Shown: positions 56,623-64,000 of the stretch, in pieces
Position numbering within the stretch: the first letter of the stretch is position 1
Layout: each line of letters begins with the position of its first letter
Assembly (NCBI GenBank): GCA_041651115.1
Contig: JBAZJY010000002.1
Coordinates: 222,855-286,854 of the forward strand
Reading direction: 5' to 3'
Length of the DNA: 64,000 bases
Source: Candidatus Omnitrophota bacterium
GTDB taxonomy: Bacteria > Omnitrophota > Gorgyraeia > Gygaellales > Profunditerraquicolaceae
Made by a program: the position numbers and the translations under genes
Notes under the pieces: generated by a model
Database searches by the model: none
Told to the model about the DNA's origin: nothing
The model's input: only the letters and a program-made list of their open reading frames with translations

Positions 56623-57278
56623 GAGCCAAAGAGGCGTTCAGATTCTATACAAGGCTGCATTTGCCGGAATTGACCGGTTTGCGCGCGACCACATTGAACC
56701 AGCTGCTTGATGTGATTAAACAGGTGCCGGATTCCTGTATTTATTATCATACGCACAGATTCCTGCAGCAACACCTTTATTTTTCCCCCGAGCCTCCGAA
56801 TGATTTTGCTTACTGGGTAAGCGGTGTGCTGGGCGAGGATGAATTAAGCGAACAGTTAGCCAGCATTGACGTCGTGCAATATTCAACGATAAGGGCGCTG
56901 CGGGAAAATATAATCATTGTCATCACGGAGTATCTTGAAAATAATCCGCTGGCTAAGCTGAAATTCGCGCGAGAGGGCGAAGAATTCTATTTTATGAAAT
57001 CAGTCAGTTTCATTATGCCTACCGGGCAATCCGCATACAGCTTAAGGGAATTTGTCGAGCTGCTAAAAATAATAACTTTTGATTCGTTATACTTCCATAT
57101 CTTTGAAGCCCGCCTAAGGCTGGAAAAAAGCACTAATGATTTTTCCAATTGGATAGAAAATTCTTTCGGCAATAAAGAGTTGGCTGAAGAGATTTCTAAG
57201 CTTGACCCGTATACTTATACCCTTGATGACCTTAGAAAAACCCTGATCAGGCTCGTGGAAAGAAGGATATACGACTAA
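56607..57278 (+). CDS. Hypothetical protein with internal tandem duplication, in trehalose cluster
   Basis: Two repeats of about 45 aa (FAYWVSGVLGEDELSEQLASID.../FSNWIENSFGNKELAEEISKLD...). No known catalytic motif. Confidence 0.4.
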   Translation: MPEALRAKEAFRFYTRLHLPELTGLRATTLNQLLDVIKQVPDSCIYYHTHRFLQQHLYFSPEPPNDFAYWVSGVLGEDELSEQLASIDVVQYSTIRALRENIIIVITEYLENNPLAKLKFAREGEEFYFMKSVSFIMPTGQSAYSLREFVELLKIITFDSLYFHIFEARLRLEKSTNDFSNWIENSFGNKELAEEISKLDPYTYTLDDLRKTLIRLVERRIYD

Positions 57279-58490
57279 ATGGCAAAGATAGAAGATTATG
57301 CCCCGGTCGTGGGACAGCCGGTTATTGATAATCTGCGGCTATTGGCGGAACGGTTGAAGGGAAAAGTCGTGCAGCAGATAAATTCCACGTCTGTCGGAGG
57401 CGGAGTGGCGGAAATATTAAACCGCATGATCCCGCTTTTAAACGAACTGGGCGTAAATACAAAATGGGACCTGATAAAAGGCGGAACGCAGTTTTTTGAG
57501 GTCACTAAGAGATTCCATAACTCGCTGCACGGCAGGAAAGAGGAGATCAGCCAGCGCGACTTTGACATATTCCGGGAAATAAGCCAACAGAACATTGACA
57601 GTATAGATATATACGGCGACATTGTATTCATTCACGATCCGCAGCCGATCGCTCTGGTGCAGAAGAAAGCCGATAATAAATGGATCTGGCGCTGCCATGT
57701 TGACGTATCCGATCCGGACTCGCGGGTATGGAATTTTTTGGTGGAATATATCGCAAAATATGACGCGGCTGTCTTTTCCGCGCCAAGCTTTTCACAGCGG
57801 TTGCCGGTAAGGCAATTCCTCATTGCGCCCTCCATAGACCCGTTAAGCGATAAGAACAAGGAGTTATCGCAGCGGACAATAGACGCGGTCCTGAAAAAAT
57901 ACGGTATTCCTCAAAATAAGCCTATAATTACGCAGATCTCCCGTTTTGACCGGCTAAAAGACCCGGTAGGCGTTATTGAAGCTTTTCTGCGGGTAAAAAA
58001 ATATATTGATTGCCGGCTGGTCCTTGCCGGAGGCGGCGCTTCAGATGACCCTGAAGGCTTGAAAGTGCTTGAGGAAGTCAGGGAAAAGGCCAAAAAAGAC
58101 CTGGATATTCACATCCTTTTGCTGCCGCAGAATGACATAGAGGTAAACGCGTTGCAGAGGGCTTCTACGGTAATAGTACAAAAATCCCTGAAAGAAGGAT
58201 TCGGCCTGACGGTTGCCGAAGCGCTTTGGAAGGCAAAGCCCGTGGTTGCCTCAAACGTCGGCGGCATACCTCTTCAGATAAAACATAAACATTCAGGCCT
58301 GCTCTGCCATTCCATAGACGGAGCAGCGTTTGCCATAAAACAGCTCTTAAATAGCCCGGACTACGCGAAGAAACTGGGGCAAAACGGCCGGGAACACATA
58401 AAGAATAATTTCCTCCTCACCCGCCACCTGAAGGATTACATGCTGCTGTTTATCGCCCTCTACCATTCGGAAGATATAATTTATTTGTAA
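57279..58490 (+). CDS. treT: Trehalose glycosyltransferring synthase TreT-like (GT4)
   Basis: N-terminus KIEDYAPVVGQPVIDNLRLLAERLKGKVVQQINSTSVGGGVAEIL closely parallels Thermococcus/Pyrococcus TreT. C-terminal GT4 EX7E region. Confidence 0.7.
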   Translation: MAKIEDYAPVVGQPVIDNLRLLAERLKGKVVQQINSTSVGGGVAEILNRMIPLLNELGVNTKWDLIKGGTQFFEVTKRFHNSLHGRKEEISQRDFDIFREISQQNIDSIDIYGDIVFIHDPQPIALVQKKADNKWIWRCHVDVSDPDSRVWNFLVEYIAKYDAAVFSAPSFSQRLPVRQFLIAPSIDPLSDKNKELSQRTIDAVLKKYGIPQNKPIITQISRFDRLKDPVGVIEAFLRVKKYIDCRLVLAGGGASDDPEGLKVLEEVREKAKKDLDIHILLLPQNDIEVNALQRASTVIVQKSLKEGFGLTVAEALWKAKPVVASNVGGIPLQIKHKHSGLLCHSIDGAAFAIKQLLNSPDYAKKLGQNGREHIKNNFLLTRHLKDYMLLFIALYHSEDIIYL

Positions 58491-58565
58491 ACATTTTTTC
58501 GCGCTTGCCCGCGGCATTTTTCATTTATTGATTTACCCGCATATTTAATATAGAATATATCTACA

Positions 58566-58799
58566 ATGAAAAAAATATCTTTGATCCATATGAAGGCAGG
58601 GCAAAAAGGAAAAGTCGCGGAGGTCCGCGGCGGCCCAACCCTACAGCATCGGCTGATGGGCATGGGTGTATATTTAGGTAAAGACATTACCAAGCTCAGC
58701 CAGTTTGTTTTACGGGGGCCGATAGCAATCAAAGCCGGCAGGACAATTGTCGCCCTTGGCCATTCCATGGCTGTAAAAGTTATTGTGGAAGTAGAATGA
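58566..58799 (+). CDS. feoA: Ferrous iron transport protein A
   Basis: 77 aa SH3-like FeoA (GQKGKVAEV...GMGVYLGKDITKL). Confidence 0.8.
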   Translation: MKKISLIHMKAGQKGKVAEVRGGPTLQHRLMGMGVYLGKDITKLSQFVLRGPIAIKAGRTIVALGHSMAVKVIVEVE

Positions 58800-60532
58800 T
58801 AAAAAAGATTTTTTTGATCGGCAACCCCAATGTCGGAAAGAGCGTGGTGTTTTCGCGCCTGACCGGCGTCCAGGTGATCTCTTCTAATTATCCCGGGACT
58901 ACCGTCGAGATCTCCCGGGGGTATTTGAGCGTACGGGGAGAAAAATTGGAAGTAGTTGATTTACCCGGCACGTATTCTCTTGAGCCTACCTCTAAGGCGG
59001 AAGAAGTGGCGGTTATCCTGCTAAAAGAACAATCCAAAGATGAGATCGCGATTATCAATATTATTGATTCTACCAACCTTGAACGGAATTTATACCTTAC
59101 CTTACAGCTTATTGAAGCGGGCTATCCTTTGATTGTCTGCCTGAATATGTGCGATGATACTGCTCACCGGGGCATCAACATAGACGTACCGAAGCTTGAG
59201 GCGCGGCTGGGAGTTCCGGTGATTTCTACCTGCGCCGTGACCGGCGTGGGGATAAAAATGCTCATTGAGCGTATCGAGCAGGCAAAAACCGGCGTGCTGC
59301 CGCGCGTAGCTGCCCACTATCAACAGCGCTGGCAGGAGATCGGCGAGATTATCGAAGACGTGCAACGGCTTACCCACCGCCATCATACGCTCAGGGAAAT
59401 GCTGGAAGATGCTTCTATCCGGCCGTTTTCCGGCCTGTTTATCGGCGCGGCAGTGATTTATGCGAGCTTTAAGATCGTGCGTTTTCTTGGAGAGTCCCTG
59501 ATCACTAACGTCTTTGATCCTTTGTTTGCGAAGTTGTACCAGCCGGTAGTGGAAAGTTTAAGCGCGGCATTGGGAGGTGGCGGGTTTATCCACCATTTAC
59601 TTATCGGCGACCTTGTCGCAGGAAAGATCGACTTTAAGCAGTCCATGGGCCTGTTTACAACCGCCCCTTACATAGAATTAGTTATGGTGCTGCCGTATGT
59701 AATCTCGTTCTATTTTGTGCTTAGCCTCCTGGAAGATATCGGCTATTTACCGCGGCTGGCGATATTGCTGGATAATCTGCTGCATCGTATCGGCCTGCAT
59801 GGTTACGCGATCATCCCCGTGCTTTTGGGTTTTGGCTGCAATGTGCCGGGGATCTTGGCAACCCGCGTATTGGAATCAAAACGGGAAAGGTTTATTGCCG
59901 CGACCATCATTTCCATCGGCGTGCCCTGTGTGCCGCTTCAGGCAATGATCTTCGGGCTCCTGGGAAAATTTTCCGGTTTTTACGTTGCCGGAGTGTATCT
60001 CGTATTGTTTTCTATAATAATATTGTTAGGGATGGTTTTAAACCGCATTATGCCCGGATATAGCCCGGAGTTTTTATTGGAGATCCCTCCCTACAGGTTC
60101 CCGCCGCTGGCGATCCTGGCGAAAAAATTGGCCTTTCGTATCAAATGGTTTTTGGTTGAGGCCGTGCCGGTAGTATTGCTAGGCGTGCTTCTGGTAAACT
60201 TGATGATATACGGTAACGTATTTGATCTTATTACCGGAATATTCTCTCCGGTGATACAAGGCTTATTCGGCCTGCCTAAAGAAGCAGTGGTATCGCTGGT
60301 AATCGGCTTTTTAAGGAAAGATATAGCTGTAGGGATGCTTGTGCCGCTTGCGCTTTCGGCAAAGCAGTTTTTTATTGCCGCTACGCTTTTAGCAATATCT
60401 TTTCCCTGCATCGCGACATTCGCAGTGATGTTCAAAGAACTGGGTTTTAAGGATACGGTGAAGGCGACAATGATCATGGCCGGCGTCAGTTTGCTCGTCG
60501 GCACGCTGTTAAATTTTGCGATCATACGTTAA
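58796..60532 (+). CDS. feoB: Ferrous iron transporter FeoB
   Basis: N-terminal G domain (GNPNVGKSVVFSRLTG, DLPGTYSL) and a polytopic permease. 578 aa. Confidence 0.9.
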   Translation: MIKKIFLIGNPNVGKSVVFSRLTGVQVISSNYPGTTVEISRGYLSVRGEKLEVVDLPGTYSLEPTSKAEEVAVILLKEQSKDEIAIINIIDSTNLERNLYLTLQLIEAGYPLIVCLNMCDDTAHRGINIDVPKLEARLGVPVISTCAVTGVGIKMLIERIEQAKTGVLPRVAAHYQQRWQEIGEIIEDVQRLTHRHHTLREMLEDASIRPFSGLFIGAAVIYASFKIVRFLGESLITNVFDPLFAKLYQPVVESLSAALGGGGFIHHLLIGDLVAGKIDFKQSMGLFTTAPYIELVMVLPYVISFYFVLSLLEDIGYLPRLAILLDNLLHRIGLHGYAIIPVLLGFGCNVPGILATRVLESKRERFIAATIISIGVPCVPLQAMIFGLLGKFSGFYVAGVYLVLFSIIILLGMVLNRIMPGYSPEFLLEIPPYRFPPLAILAKKLAFRIKWFLVEAVPVVLLGVLLVNLMIYGNVFDLITGIFSPVIQGLFGLPKEAVVSLVIGFLRKDIAVGMLVPLALSAKQFFIAATLLAISFPCIATFAVMFKELGFKDTVKATMIMAGVSLLVGTLLNFAIIR

Positions 60533-60556
60533 AAAACAACCAGGAGAGACAACAAG

Positions 60557-61555
60557 GTGAAGGCAGTTGCGTTAATTTCCGGAGGGTTGGACAGCATGCT
60601 TGCTGCCCGCGTGGTCAAGGATCAGGGGATTGAGGTCATTGGTCTGCATTTTGATATTTCTTTCGGCAGGCATAAAAAAAGGCTCTTAGGCCTGCACGAT
60701 GAGCCGATACACTGGGTAGAAGACAATCTCGGCATTGAGTTAAGGACTGTGGATATCGCCTATGAATTTCTTGAGGTGCTTAAAAGCCCCAAACACGGCT
60801 ACGGCGCCAATATGAATCCCTGTATTGATTGTAAAATACTGATGCTAAAAAAGAGCAAGGAGATCATGCATGATTTGGGTGCGTCATTTGTGATCACCGG
60901 AGAAGTCCTTGGCCAGCGGCCGATGTCTCAGCACAGGCAAGCCTTGATGAGTATTGAAAAGGAAAGCGGCCTGGAGGGGCTTTTGTTGCGTCCGTTATCG
61001 GCAAAACTGTTACCTCTTACCACGCCTGAGGTTTTAGGCTGGATTGACCGGGCGCAGCTTTTAAGGATCAACGGCAGGAGCCGTAAGGACCAGAAAGAGT
61101 TGATCAGCCGTTATGACATTAAGGATTATCCCAATGCTGCAGGCGGCTGTTTATTGACTGACCCGGAATTTTCCCGCCGGCTGCAGGATTTGATGAAACG
61201 CGCCGAATTGAACGTTGAGAATGTGGAACTGATAAAGGTAGGCAGGTACCTTAAGATTTCAGAAAACAGCCGTTTAATCGTGGGTAGAGACGAAAAAGAA
61301 AACGAATTTTTAACCAGCATTGCCAAAGACGGCGATTATCTATTCATGCCTGCCAACGTAATGGGGCCGGCTGCCCTTGGCCGGGGGGATTTTGACGAAA
61401 ACCTGATCAATCTGGCCTGCCGTATAGTCTGCCGTTATTGTGACTTGAATTCCAGCGTTGCCGCGGATATTATATATAAGAAGAAAAACAGTAAAGAAGA
61501 AAGCATGAACGTTACGCCTGCCCAGGAGAGTGAGATAGAGCGTTTACGGATATGA
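60557..61555 (+). CDS. ThiI-like PP-loop ATPase/sulfurtransferase lacking THUMP domain
   Basis: PP-loop ALISGGLDS at the N-terminus. ThiI-like CIDCK...TGEVLGQRPMSQ region. No THUMP domain. Confidence 0.55.
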   Translation: MKAVALISGGLDSMLAARVVKDQGIEVIGLHFDISFGRHKKRLLGLHDEPIHWVEDNLGIELRTVDIAYEFLEVLKSPKHGYGANMNPCIDCKILMLKKSKEIMHDLGASFVITGEVLGQRPMSQHRQALMSIEKESGLEGLLLRPLSAKLLPLTTPEVLGWIDRAQLLRINGRSRKDQKELISRYDIKDYPNAAGGCLLTDPEFSRRLQDLMKRAELNVENVELIKVGRYLKISENSRLIVGRDEKENEFLTSIAKDGDYLFMPANVMGPAALGRGDFDENLINLACRIVCRYCDLNSSVAADIIYKKKNSKEESMNVTPAQESEIERLRI

Positions 61556-62562
61556 AAGAAGCTTTACTGTACGAGAAGCTGGAAAATAAACTCGTCCGCT
61601 GCTTCCTTTGCGCGCACCAATGCCGCATCCCTGACACTAAATACGGTTTCTGCGGAGTCAGGCAGAATTTAGACGGCACGCTTTATACCCACGTTTACGG
61701 CAAGCCGATCACCCTGCATATTGATCCGATTGAGAAGAAGCCGTTGTATCATTTCCTGCCCGGGACTTTCAGTTTTTCTTTAGCCACTGTCGGATGTAAT
61801 TTTCACTGCGGGTTTTGCCAGAATTGGGAGATCTCGCAAACCACTGCCCGCGACGGAGTGCGCTTTCCGGAGGAAGACGTCTTTCCCGGAGAAATAGTGG
61901 AAAACGCGCTGAAGAATGAATGCCGCAGTATTTCTTATACTTACACCGAGCCGACGATATTCTTTGAATACGCGCTGGATATCGCCAAGCTTGCCAAAGA
62001 AAAAGGCCTGTATAACGTTTTTGTCACTAACGGCTATATGACTAAAGATGCGTTGGAAATGATCCGCCCTTTCCTTGACGCGGCAAACGTTGACCTTAAA
62101 TTTTTCCGCGAAGATTCTTACAGGAGGGTTTGTACTGCAAGCCTTGAACCGGTAAAAGACACGATCCGGCTGATGCGCGAACTGGGTATATGGGTTGAAG
62201 TAACAACGTTGGTTGTGCCGGGTGAAAACGATTCCAAAGAAGAGCTCGGCGATATTGCAAATTTCCTCGCTTCTGTGGATAAGGGTATGCCGTGGCATAT
62301 TTCGCGTTTCCATCCCGATTATAAATTTACCGACCACAAAGCCACTCCCGAAGAAACCCTAAAAATGGCGCAAGGCTTAGGCAAGGCCGCGGGGATAAAA
62401 TATATTTACGCTGGTAATGTCTCCGGATGGGGAAACGATACTTATTGCCCGGCATGCGGTAAAGCTCTAATCAAGAGAGAAGGTTTTGAGGTCTTGATGA
62501 ATAAGGTTAAGCAGGGTAAATGTGGATTCTGTCAGGTGCAGATTGCCGGAGTATTTGATTAA
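61552..62562 (+). CDS. AmmeMemoRadiSam-system radical SAM enzyme (PflA-like)
   Basis: VRCFLCAHQCRIPDTKYGFCGVRQN...DPIEKKPLYHF...GCNFHCGFCQNWEISQ matches that family's pattern. Confidence 0.7.
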   Translation: MKEALLYEKLENKLVRCFLCAHQCRIPDTKYGFCGVRQNLDGTLYTHVYGKPITLHIDPIEKKPLYHFLPGTFSFSLATVGCNFHCGFCQNWEISQTTARDGVRFPEEDVFPGEIVENALKNECRSISYTYTEPTIFFEYALDIAKLAKEKGLYNVFVTNGYMTKDALEMIRPFLDAANVDLKFFREDSYRRVCTASLEPVKDTIRLMRELGIWVEVTTLVVPGENDSKEELGDIANFLASVDKGMPWHISRFHPDYKFTDHKATPEETLKMAQGLGKAAGIKYIYAGNVSGWGNDTYCPACGKALIKREGFEVLMNKVKQGKCGFCQVQIAGVFD

Positions 62563-62563
62563 T

Positions 62564-63019
62564 ATGATCGTTGATTATATTGAAAATATCGCTTCATATA
62601 AGAATATTTCTCCGCAACTATCCGCGGGTTTAGATTTTATTGCCGCGATGGATAAAGATATCAGCGCAGGTACGCATCAAATCCAAGACGGCGTAAAGGC
62701 GGTGGTCAGTGAATACCGGACTAGACCTGCCGAGGGTCAGCGCTATGAAACTCACGAAAAGGCGATTGATATCCAGTGTTTAATAAGGGGAAGAGAGATC
62801 ATCCGCTGGCTGCCGGTTGAGGATTTGTCCCCGGTTACTGGATATGACAACGAAAAAGATATCCGTTTTTATTCCGCGTCAGCCAAAGGTACTGATGTCA
62901 TATTAAGCCCTGGCTTATTCGTGATTTTCTTTCCCGAAGACGGGCATTGCCCCGGCCTGTGCGTTGAAACCGGCCCTGAACCGGTGAAAAAGGTTGTGGT
63001 CAAAGTCTGTTCCTTTTAG
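62564..63019 (+). CDS. YhcH/YjgK/YiaL (DUF386) family protein
   Basis: About 150 aa beta-sandwich family pattern (IENIASYKNIS...GTHQIQDGVKAVVSEY...FFPEDGHCPG). Confidence 0.55.
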   Translation: MIVDYIENIASYKNISPQLSAGLDFIAAMDKDISAGTHQIQDGVKAVVSEYRTRPAEGQRYETHEKAIDIQCLIRGREIIRWLPVEDLSPVTGYDNEKDIRFYSASAKGTDVILSPGLFVIFFPEDGHCPGLCVETGPEPVKKVVVKVCSF

Positions 63020-63057
63020 CATTGACAAGCCGCGGGTATTAAGTTAAGATAATTTTA

Positions 63058-63205
63058 GATAACGGGGAGGCTGTTGGGCAGCCTGAGAGTTCTGCGCGTA
63101 AGCAGATTACCCGATGAACCTGAACTGGATAATGCCAGCGTAGGGAAGGCTGCTACACGCGTTTTATTTTCCCTCCCTATGCTTGGCGCATAGGGATTTT
63201 TAATT
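63058..63205 (+). ncRNA. TPP (THI-box) riboswitch with intrinsic-terminator expression platform
   Basis: GGGGAGGCTG...CTGAGA...ACCCGATGAACCTGAACTGGATAATGCCAGCGTAGGGAA matches the THI-box consensus. Followed by hairpin CCCTATGC-ttggc-GCATAGGG plus a T-run. A TTGACA/TAAGAT promoter lies at 63022-63050. Confidence 0.85.
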
Positions 63206-63228
63206 TAAACCAAGAGAGGGAGGGAAAA

Positions 63229-64000
63229 ATGCAGCTGGATGAGATCAAGATTTCAAAAGCGATCATTGAAGCTTACAAGGAAAAGCTGATTGCCGCTTTG
63301 GATGTGGATGTGGCAATCGCCGGCGCAGGCCCGGCAGGTATGGTCTGTGCTTATTATTTGGCAAGGGCGGGGAAAAAGGTCGCGATCTTTGAGCGCAAAT
63401 TATCCGTCGGAGGCGGGATGTGGGGCGGCGGCATAATGTTCAATGAGATCGTGGTCCAGGCGGCAGCAAAAAAAATCCTTGATGAATTCGGAATTAAAGC
63501 GAGAATATATGAGAAGGGTTATTATCTGGCCGACTCCATAGAGGCAGTATCAACATTATGTTCTAAAGCGGTCAAGGCGGGCGCTAAGATTTTCAATCTG
63601 ATCAGCGCCGAAGACGTGATGGTCAGGCAAAAACGCGTTTGCGGCCTTGTCCTGAATTGGACCTCGGTTGAAATGGCGCATTTGCACGTTGACCCGATCA
63701 CCATGCGGGCAAAATTTGTAGTTGATTCCACCGGCCATCCGGCGGAAGTCGTACGTATTGTGGAAAGAAAATCCGGCATAAGGCTTAATACCAGGACCGG
63801 AAAAATGATGGGCGAACAGTCAATGTGGGCGGATGTGGGCGAGGAAACAATCGTAAAAAATTCTAAAGAAGTCTGCCCGGGAATGTATGTCTGCGGCATG
63901 TGCGCAAACGCAGTATTCGGCGGCCCGCGCATGGGCCCGGTATTCGGCGGTATGCTCCTTTCAGGAGAAAAGGTCGCCAAAGACCTGATCAGGAGGTTAA
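63229..64000 (+). CDS. thi4: Thiamine thiazole synthase Thi4-family protein (3' partial, runs off window)
   Basis: [45 protein letters not shown] (FAD/NAD GxGxxG). Directly downstream of the TPP riboswitch. No stop within the window. Confidence 0.85.
   Translation, partial: MQLDEIKISKAIIEAYKEKLIAALDVDVAIAGAGPAGMVCAYYLARAGKKVAIFERKLSVGGGMWGGGIMFNEIVVQAAAKKILDEFGIKARIYEKGYYLADSIEAVSTLCSKAVKAGAKIFNLISAEDVMVRQKRVCGLVLNWTSVEMAHLHVDPITMRAKFVVDSTGHPAEVVRIVERKSGIRLNTRTGKMMGEQSMWADVGEETIVKNSKEVCPGMYVCGMCANAVFGGPRMGPVFGGMLLSGEKVAKDLIRRL

Noticed and set aside
58491-58565. Fur box upstream of feoA
   Set aside because: The AT-rich region (ATTTATTGATTTACC...) has only weak similarity to the classical Fur box and does not contain the ATAATGGAAA...TTTTCA motif found near the Fur-family gene. 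Too weak to call.
60557-61555. PP-loop protein as LarE (nickel-pincer cofactor sulfur donor), suggested by the nearby nickel locus
   Set aside because: The sequence has the ThiI-type CxxC...TGE(V/S)LGQ signature rather than LarE's SGG(I/V)DS...CSVSSRF pattern. No larA, larB or larC genes are present in the window.
61780-62337. 185-aa minus-strand ORF inside the radical SAM gene, and 63522..63980 inside thi4
   Set aside because: Both are antisense to well-supported plus-strand genes (CxxxCxxC radical SAM, GAGPAG Thi4).

Overview
This is a 64-kb window of chromosome from a Gram-negative, probably anaerobic bacterium. The Gram-negative envelope is indicated by LptE, BamD-like, Lnt, LpxL-like, MurJ and an OprB-like porin. 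The anaerobic lifestyle is suggested by Thi4, NifX-like proteins, ferredoxins, three radical-SAM enzymes and FeoAB. Genes are compact and almost all on the + strand, and several are shortened versions of their usual forms (holA, uvrC and comEC all lack typical domains), which points to a streamlined genome of unknown lineage. Positions 1-20 kb hold housekeeping genes: leuS, comEA/comEC, lptE-holA, rpsT, murJ, uvrC, ogt, pilT, prfB with its programmed +1 frameshift, secA, lnt and an MFS transporter. Positions 20.5-34.4 kb form an envelope-glycan or lipid-modification island. It contains an LpxL-like acyltransferase, two tandem ArnT/PMT-like GT-C transferases, an ArnC-like GT2, an ATP-grasp enzyme, a B12 radical-SAM enzyme, a methyltransferase, an FdtA-like ketoisomerase, two SGNH-like proteins and a pentapeptide-TPR protein with near-identical internal repeats. 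Positions 37.9-45.6 kb form a Fur-family-regulated metallocofactor locus. It contains two DUF5320 proteins, two NifX/NafY-like proteins, a ferredoxin, an EncFtn-like ferritin, two MinD-ferredoxin ATPases, an IscU-like scaffold, Mrp/NBP35, DUF89 and an MBL-fold protein. I consider this locus the most interesting candidate for an uncharacterised system. Positions 46.2-53.5 kb hold hypA, thioredoxin, a J-domain protein and a NikR-controlled nickel operon. That operon carries its own porin, NikM-PDGLE-CbiQ-CbiO (the CbiO has a His-rich tail), a cupin and a ZIP transporter. The 3' end holds a trehalose cluster (sensor-fused OtsA, OtsB, TreT), feoAB, a ThiI-like PP-loop protein, a radical SAM enzyme of the AmmeMemoRadiSam type, a YhcH-like protein, and a TPP riboswitch in front of thi4. 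Features the ORF track misses are a bTHX ribosomal peptide gene, a small 2[4Fe-4S] ferredoxin gene, the prfB N-terminal segment with its frameshift, and the thi4 CDS, which runs past the window end.
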